From: Cenarchaeum sp. | Lineage (GTDB): Archaea > Thermoproteota > Nitrososphaeria > Nitrososphaerales > Nitrosopumilaceae | Assembly (NCBI GenBank): GCA_965206845.1 | Contig: OZ242221.1 | Coordinates: forward strand, 320,001 to 384,000 | DNA length: 64,000 bases | Direction: 5' to 3' | Shown: in pieces, positions 57,629 to 64,000 of the stretch | How the letters are laid out: every line of letters begins with the position of its first letter | How positions within the stretch are numbered: position 1 is the first letter of the stretch | Program-made: the position numbers and the translations under genes | The notes under the pieces: model-generated | Seen by the model: the letters and a program-made list of their open reading frames with translations, nothing else | Database searches by the model: none | What the model was told of the DNA's origin: nothing

Positions 57629-59209
57629 TCACAGCTTGCGCAGCTTTCTGTTGTAGGCAACGCCAAACCGGTGTGCCTCATCCCTGGCATACTGCAGTAT
57701 CTTCAGTCCCGGGTTGTCCCGGGGCATCCGGATGGGCCCGCCCCTGCCGGGCATAAACACCTCCTCGTCCCTCTTTGCCAGGGACGCGCAGGGAACCTCT
57801 ACCCCAATGTCTTTCAGGGATTTTAGCGCGGCGCCGAGCTGTCCCGTGCCGCCATCCACCAGGACAAGATCCGGCATTGCAGACTCTTCCTTCAGCAGCC
57901 TCGCGTACCTCCGTGTGACTATCTCAGAGATCATCGCAAAGTCGTCCTGGCCGCGCACCGTGCCTATCTTGAACCTCCGGTACCCTGACCTGTCCGGGAC
58001 GCCGTCATCAAACCTCGACATCGCACCCACCGCATAGTCGGTGCCGTGGTTTGAGACATCAAAGCACTCGATTATCCTTGGGGGGTGCCCAAGGCGCAGC
58101 GCCTCCTCCAGCTCGGTCAGGCCCGGCTGCGCCCCCTGGTGCTGGATCAGCGCTATATTCTTCATGATCAGGGAGATCATCTGCCGCTTCTTTCCACCTT
58201 TGGGCATTATGATGCTGACATCAGAGCCGGCATTCCTTGAGAGCAGCCCCTCCAGGGTCTCCCGGTTCTCGGGCAGCTCGCTTACCAGGATGTTCCTGGG
58301 CGCCTTGTGGGTGGTGTAGTACTGGAACAGAAAGTTTCCAAACGTGTTGTCTGCCACCATGTCAAAGGAGAAGCGATCCGTGTCGCGAATCACGCCGTGC
58401 TTCTGCCTCAGCGTCATAATCAGCGCGGTGTGATCCTCGACCGTTATCCCGAAATAGTCCTCGTCCGGGGCCCCGGTAACGTACTCCATCTTCTGCTCCG
58501 TCTGGAGGCTGCCCAGCCTCTGCAGCGTGTCCCTGATCTCCATTGCCCGCTCATACTGCTGCGATGCGGCGGCCTCATCCATCTCCCGGCGCATCCGCTC
58601 AACAAAGTCCCGCATGCCCTGCTTTCCCTTCAGGACCGACTCGAGGTTCCGGACATGCTGTCCGTACCTCTCCTGGGCCTCGCCAAACTGGCACGGCGCC
58701 TCGCAGTTTCCCAGGTGGTACTCCAGGCAGGCCTTCTTGGGAAGCGTCTTGCAGATCCTGATCTTAAACGCCTTGCGCAGGGCGCCTATCGTCAGCAGCT
58801 TCGAGCTGCCCTGCGTGAACGGGCCGTACACCCTTCCCTCGCCAAGAAACTTTCCCGACCTGGTCCTTCGCGTGACCAAGAGCCGGGGATACTTCTCCCC
58901 TGTAACCCGCAAGTATGTGTAGCGCTGCTGATCCTTCAGCTCTATGTTGTACATCGGCCGGTACCGCTTTATCATATTGGATTCTAGCATGAACGCCTCG
59001 GCCTCGCTGTCTGTCAGGACAAACTCGATGTCGACAATCCTCTGGACGAGCTTTTGCATCTTGTAGTTCTGGTTCTTGGCAAAGTATGACCGGACCCTGT
59101 TCCTCAGGTTCTTTGCCTTGCCGATGTATATCGTGGCGCCCGCCGCATCCTTCATTATGTAGATGCCGGTGCGGGACGGAATGGAGAGGGTTGACGGATC
59201 CAGGGTCAT
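57629..59209 (-). CDS. uvrC: excinuclease ABC subunit C
   Basis: GIY-YIGKAKNLRNRV, ECFDVSN, DDFAMI, LVDGG.GQL, RDEAHRF; no HhH tail. Confidence 0.95.
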   Translation of the reverse strand: MTLDPSTLSIPSRTGIYIMKDAAGATIYIGKAKNLRNRVRSYFAKNQNYKMQKLVQRIVDIEFVLTDSEAEAFMLESNMIKRYRPMYNIELKDQQRYTYLRVTGEKYPRLLVTRRTRSGKFLGEGRVYGPFTQGSSKLLTIGALRKAFKIRICKTLPKKACLEYHLGNCEAPCQFGEAQERYGQHVRNLESVLKGKQGMRDFVERMRREMDEAAASQQYERAMEIRDTLQRLGSLQTEQKMEYVTGAPDEDYFGITVEDHTALIMTLRQKHGVIRDTDRFSFDMVADNTFGNFLFQYYTTHKAPRNILVSELPENRETLEGLLSRNAGSDVSIIMPKGGKKRQMISLIMKNIALIQHQGAQPGLTELEEALRLGHPPRIIECFDVSNHGTDYAVGAMSRFDDGVPDRSGYRRFKIGTVRGQDDFAMISEIVTRRYARLLKEESAMPDLVLVDGGTGQLGAALKSLKDIGVEVPCASLAKRDEEVFMPGRGGPIRMPRDNPGLKILQYARDEAHRFGVAYNRKLRKL

Positions 59210-61980
59210 CGGCTCATGAATTTTTTCAGGTACTTGCCCGTGTAGCTTCCCGGCGATGCAGATATCTGCTCCGGGGTTCCTGTGGCAACCACCCGGCCGC
59301 CCTCAAGGCCGCCCTCGGGGCCCAGGTCTATGACCCAGTCCGAGTTTCCTATAACGTCCATGTTGTGCTCTATCACAACCGCGGTGTTTCCCAGGTTTAC
59401 CAGCCGGTTGATGACCTCCAGCAGCTTCTGAACGTCCGCAAAGTGCAGGCCGGTCGTCGGCTCGTCCAGTATGTACATCGTCCTTCCCGTGTCCGTCTTT
59501 GAGAGCTCCGCTGCCAGCTTTACCCTCTGGGCCTCGCCGCCGGACAGCGTGGTGGAGGACTGGCCCAGCTTGATGTACCCAAGGCCCACGTCGTATATGG
59601 TCTGCATCTTTTTTCTGATCGAGGGCACGTTCTCAAAGAACTTGATGGCCTCATCCACCGTCATGCCCAGCACGTCAGATACGTTCTTCCCCTTGTACCG
59701 CACCATCAGGGTCTCTGAGTTGTACCTCTTGCCGTGGCACCGGTCGCACTGCACGTACACGTCTGAGAGGAACTGCATCTCGATCCGCTTCAGGCCGTTT
59801 CCCTCGCACTCAAAGCACCTTCCCGCATCCACGTTAAAGGAGAACTGGCTTATCGTGTACCCCATCTCCTTTGCCCTGCCGGTCTTGGCAAAGATCTGCC
59901 GGATGGGCGTAAAGGCGCCTATGTATGTGGCGGGGTTGGATCGCGGCGTCCTGCCGATGGGAGACTGGTCGATTGCAATGATCCTGTCTATGTTGCCAAT
60001 ACCCAGAATCCGGTCGTGCTTGCCCGGTATCCTTCTCTTGTCGTGGAGCTTGTACTCGAGCGACTTTAGCAGGATCTCGTTTACGAGTGATGACTTGCCA
60101 GAGCCGGACACTCCGGTGACCACGATAAAGAGCCCCAGGGGAAACTCGACGTCGATGGACTTGAGGTTGTTTACGGCCGCCCCCTCGACCAGGATGCTGC
60201 CGTTCTGCCGCCTTGTCCGCTCCTTGAGGGTTATCACTTCCTTGCCGTTGAGGTACCTGCCAGTAATCGAGCTGTCGCTGCCGAGCATCTTCTGGACGGT
60301 TCCCTCAAAGACTATCCTGCCGCCGTTTACCCCGGCCCGCGGTCCCAGGTCTATGATCCAGTCCGAGCTCCGTATCACCTCCTCGTCGTGCTCGACCACG
60401 ATTATGGTGTTTCCCAGATCCCGCAGCTTGGCCAGCGTCCTGATGAGCCTGGCGTTGTCCCTCTGGTGCAGGCCGACGGTGGGCTCGTCTAGGACGTACA
60501 GGACACCGGTGAGGTTTGAGCCTATCTGCGTCGCCAGCCTGATCCTCTGGGACTCGCCTCCCGACAGCGAGGAGCTGGACCGGCCCAGGGTGAGGTAGTC
60601 AAGCCCCACGTTTCGCAGAAACTCCAGCCTGCCCCTGATCTCCTTTAGGACGTCCCGGGCGATGTACTGCTCCGTGTCAGACAGGTTTATGGTGGAAAAA
60701 AAGTCATAGCACTGATCCACGGGCAGATCGCAGACGTCCATTATCCCCATGCCGCCGACCGTTACCGCCCGCGCCTCTGCATTGAGCTTTTTTCCGTTGC
60801 AGGTATCGCATGGGATGTCCATCATCAGGTGGTCCAGCCGGTCCCTGCCCATTCCGTAGTAGCTGCTCGCATGCAGCCTGTACAGGCAGTCAAATATGCC
60901 CATGTATGTACCCGACAGGCCGCGTCTGGCATCAGAGCCGTGAAGCAGCAGGTCCAGCTGCTTGGCGGCCATCTTCCTTATGGGCATGTTCATCTTGATA
61001 CCGGCAGCCTTCAGGGTACGGCGCAGTGCTGAACCAAACGAGTCCACAAGGTAGTCCCACGGGACTATGGCCCCCTCAAGGATGGACTTGGAATCATCCG
61101 GAATTATCAGATCCCGGTGAAACACCCGGGAGTGTCCCAGGCCGTTGCACTCCTTGCACATCCCAAACGGGGAGTTGAACGAGAACGAGCGCGGCTCAAG
61201 TGTGCCGATGCTGATCTTGCACTTGGGGCAGGCATTGTTCTGGGAGAATATGCGGTCGTCTGCCTCTGCTGATATCATCACGTAGCCCTTGGCCGCCCTC
61301 AGTGCTGTCCCCACGGACTCGAACAGCCTGGACCGCTCTGACTTTTCTGCGGTCAGGCGATCCACGACAATCTCGACGTTGTGCCACTTTTGCTTGTCTA
61401 GGGGTGGCATCTCCCCGTCAAGCGGCACAATGCTGCCGTCCACCCGTATCCGGGAGTAGCCGTCCTTTTTGATCGACTCAAAGAGCCAGTCATATGTCCC
61501 CTTTTTGTGCTGCACCACGGGCGCCAGCACAAGCACCTGCCGGCCCTGAAACTCCTTGAGGACCGTATCGCAGATTGCCTCGACTGACTGGCTGGATATC
61601 ACCCCGCCGCACCGGATGCAGTGCGGTATGCCCACCCGCGCGTACAGCAGCCTCATGTAATCATAAATCTCCGTGACGGTTCCCACCGTGGAGCGGGGGT
61701 TCTTGCTGGTGGTCTTCTGCTGTATCGATATTGCGGGGGAGAGTCCGTCGATCGAGTCCACATCCGGCTTGTCCATCATCTCAAGGAACTGGCGCGCGTA
61801 CGCCGACAGGGACTCGACGTACCTTCGCTGGCCCTCTGCGTACAGGGTGTCAAAGGCAAGGGTGGACTTGCCAGAGCCAGACAGGCCGCTGATTACAACC
61901 AGCCTGTTCTTTGGTATGTCCACATCAATGTTCTTCAGGTTGTGCTGCCTGGCGCCGCGGATCTTTACCTTATCTTCCAT
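59206..61980 (-). CDS. uvrA: excinuclease ABC subunit A
   Basis: GLSGSGKS, EGQRRYVESLS, LSGGESQR, GVSGSGKS, LSGGEAQR. Confidence 0.96.
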   Translation of the reverse strand: MEDKVKIRGARQHNLKNIDVDIPKNRLVVISGLSGSGKSTLAFDTLYAEGQRRYVESLSAYARQFLEMMDKPDVDSIDGLSPAISIQQKTTSKNPRSTVGTVTEIYDYMRLLYARVGIPHCIRCGGVISSQSVEAICDTVLKEFQGRQVLVLAPVVQHKKGTYDWLFESIKKDGYSRIRVDGSIVPLDGEMPPLDKQKWHNVEIVVDRLTAEKSERSRLFESVGTALRAAKGYVMISAEADDRIFSQNNACPKCKISIGTLEPRSFSFNSPFGMCKECNGLGHSRVFHRDLIIPDDSKSILEGAIVPWDYLVDSFGSALRRTLKAAGIKMNMPIRKMAAKQLDLLLHGSDARRGLSGTYMGIFDCLYRLHASSYYGMGRDRLDHLMMDIPCDTCNGKKLNAEARAVTVGGMGIMDVCDLPVDQCYDFFSTINLSDTEQYIARDVLKEIRGRLEFLRNVGLDYLTLGRSSSSLSGGESQRIRLATQIGSNLTGVLYVLDEPTVGLHQRDNARLIRTLAKLRDLGNTIIVVEHDEEVIRSSDWIIDLGPRAGVNGGRIVFEGTVQKMLGSDSSITGRYLNGKEVITLKERTRRQNGSILVEGAAVNNLKSIDVEFPLGLFIVVTGVSGSGKSSLVNEILLKSLEYKLHDKRRIPGKHDRILGIGNIDRIIAIDQSPIGRTPRSNPATYIGAFTPIRQIFAKTGRAKEMGYTISQFSFNVDAGRCFECEGNGLKRIEMQFLSDVYVQCDRCHGKRYNSETLMVRYKGKNVSDVLGMTVDEAIKFFENVPSIRKKMQTIYDVGLGYIKLGQSSTTLSGGEAQRVKLAAELSKTDTGRTMYILDEPTTGLHFADVQKLLEVINRLVNLGNTAVVIEHNMDVIGNSDWVIDLGPEGGLEGGRVVATGTPEQISASPGSYTGKYLKKFMSR

Positions 61981-63923
61981 GCCCCTTCCTCTCGATTGCC
62001 TTGCTTATTCTCCGGATCTCGTCCCTGTACTCTATGGCCCCCTCAAAGTCCAGCTCCTGCGCGCACATCTCCATCTGCGCATCCATGTTTACGATATCTG
62101 CGGAGAGGTCGTGCGTGGACTTGATCTTGATGTCATCAACCTCGGTCACCTGCTCAGGTATGGACTTTGTGATGGTTTGCGGCGTGATGCCGTGCCTCCG
62201 GTTGTACTCCGCCTGCCTTGCGCGCCTCCTATCGGTCTCGGCCACTGCCGTCTTCATGGAACGCGTGACCGTATCTGCGTACATGATGACCGCGCCGGCG
62301 TCGTTTCTTGCAGCCCTCCCAAAGGTCTGAATCAGGCTGGTGTTGTTGCGCAAGAATCCCTCCTTGTCGGCATCCAGTATTGCCACCAGGGAGACCTCTG
62401 GAATGTCCAGGCCCTCCCTGAGCAGGTTGATTCCCACCAGCACGTCAAACTCGCCCAGCCGCAGCTGCCTGATGAGCTCCGTCCTCTTGAGGCCCTCAAT
62501 TTCTGAGTGCAGGTACCGCACCCTCACGTCATGCCTGGAGAGGTACTCGGCCAGATCCTCTGCCATTCTCTTGGTCAGCGTGGTCACCAGCACCCGCTCG
62601 TTCCTCTGCACCCTCTTTTGAATCTCGGCGATCAGATCGTCCATCTGATCCCCGGTGGGCCTTATCTCCACCGAAGGGTCCACCAGCCCCGTGGGGCGCA
62701 CCAGCTGCTCTGCTATCCGATAGGAGCGCTCCCGCTCATAGTCGCCGGGCGTGGCAGAGACAAATATCGCGTTTTTCATGTATCCTTCAAACTCCTCAAA
62801 CTTTAGCGGCCTGTTGTCAAAGGCGCTGGGCAGCCGAAAGCCGTACGTCACGAGATGCTCCTTTCTTGAGCGATCGCCCTTGTACATCCCGTGCAGCTGG
62901 GGCAGCGTGACGTGCGACTCGTCTATTACCAGGAGGTAGTCGTCGCCAAAAAAGTCCAGCAGGCAGAACGCCGGCTGGCCGGGACTTCGCCCGTCAAAGT
63001 GCCGGGAGTAGTTCTCTATTCCGGAGCAGTACCCCAGCTCCTGGATCATCTCAAGGTCGTGACTTGTTCTCATCTCCAGGCGCTGGCGTTCCAGCTCCCG
63101 CAGCTCCGGGAGCCTCTCCTGTAGCTCCTGGCTGATCGAGCCGAGCGCCCTGTCCCGGACATCGCTGGCAATGAGGTAGTGCTTGGCAGGAAATATCTTG
63201 AACTGGGACACCTGCCTTCTCTCATGGGACGCCATGTTGTCAAGTATGCTTATCTTCTCTATCTCGTCGCCGAACATGGAGATCCGCACTATGTCGCTGG
63301 AGTAGGCGGGCACCACGTCTATGGTGTCCCCCCGGACACGGAAGTTGCCCGGCGCGACCTCGGTGTCGTTTCGCTCGTACCTGGCATTTAGCAGTCCGGC
63401 GATGAGATCCCGCCGGCTGATCCTCTGGCTTTGGCGTATGATGACAGACATCTGATCCCAGTCCGCTGGGTTTCCCAGGGAGTAGATGCACGACACGGTG
63501 GCAACAACGATGGTGGGCTCGTCGGAGAGCAGCATGGCGGTGGTCTCCAGCCGCATCTTCTCTATCTTCTCGTTTATCTGCGTGTCCTTCTCAATGTAGG
63601 TATCGGTCTGGGGCATGTAGCTCTCCGGCTGGTAGTAGTCATAGTATGACACAAAGTAGCCCACGTTGTTCTCCGGAAAGAACTGCCTCAGTTCGGAGTA
63701 GAGCTGCGCGGCCAGGGTCTTGTTGTGTGATATCACAAGCGTGTTCTTGCCGGTTCTGGCAATCACGTTTGCCACCGTAAACGTCTTTCCGCTGCCGGTC
63801 ACGCCCAGCAGGGTCTGGTTCCTTCCCTGCTTTGACGCCGCGGACCAGGGACTCGATGGCCTGGGGCTGGTCCCCGGTGGGGGCAAACTCAGAGACCAGC
63901 TTGAATGGGCGGTTGCGAGTCAA
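61970..63923 (-). CDS. uvrB: excinuclease ABC subunit B, apparent frameshift near 63825
   Basis: FAPTGDQPQAI lies in one frame and QTLLGVTGSGKT onward in another; YYDYYQPE, DESH, GINLLREGLD. Confidence 0.9.
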
Positions 63924-64000
63924 TGCGCAGGCGGGGAGCAAAACTAGATTTAAAGCATCATGTCACCAGACCGGCTCGTCGATCATCTCAAGCTTGCCGC

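Noticed and set aside
1-64000. CRISPR array or cas genes
   Set aside because: No regularly spaced repeat-spacer series seen, including around tnpB.

Overview
Archaeal window from an ammonia-oxidising archaeon (Nitrosopumilaceae/Cenarchaeum-like, GC-rich and IS-laden, which suggests but does not prove a host-associated lineage). The core backbone carries a DUR3-type urea transporter fused to a USP domain, truD, pth2, GGR, EF-1beta, cdc48, ctaB, cupredoxins, H+-PPase, mrp, rpoE', spt4, tRNA-Val, rpl40e, sucCD, ileS, purD/5-FCL/folD/purN and uvrBAC. Three accessory regions stand out. (1) A 9.7-kb nest of mobile elements (10694-20373) whose ends and target duplications can all be read: IS630 > ISH3 > IS630 composite transposon with AT-rich cargo > ISH3, plus 138-bp MITEs. 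(2) A ~12.4-kb island at an intron-containing tRNA-Val, with an integrase remnant and a degenerate att copy. It carries a complete glycine cleavage and lipoylation system with an embedded LLM oxidoreductase and a FabH/type III PKS-like enzyme. (3) A 2.1-kb transposase-less element bounded by terminal inverted repeats and a TAA (or CTAAG) duplication. It encodes a large TnpB-like RNA-guided nuclease plus a 400-nt highly structured non-coding end. All calls were made by eye from the sequence and ORF track; no searches or folding programs were run.
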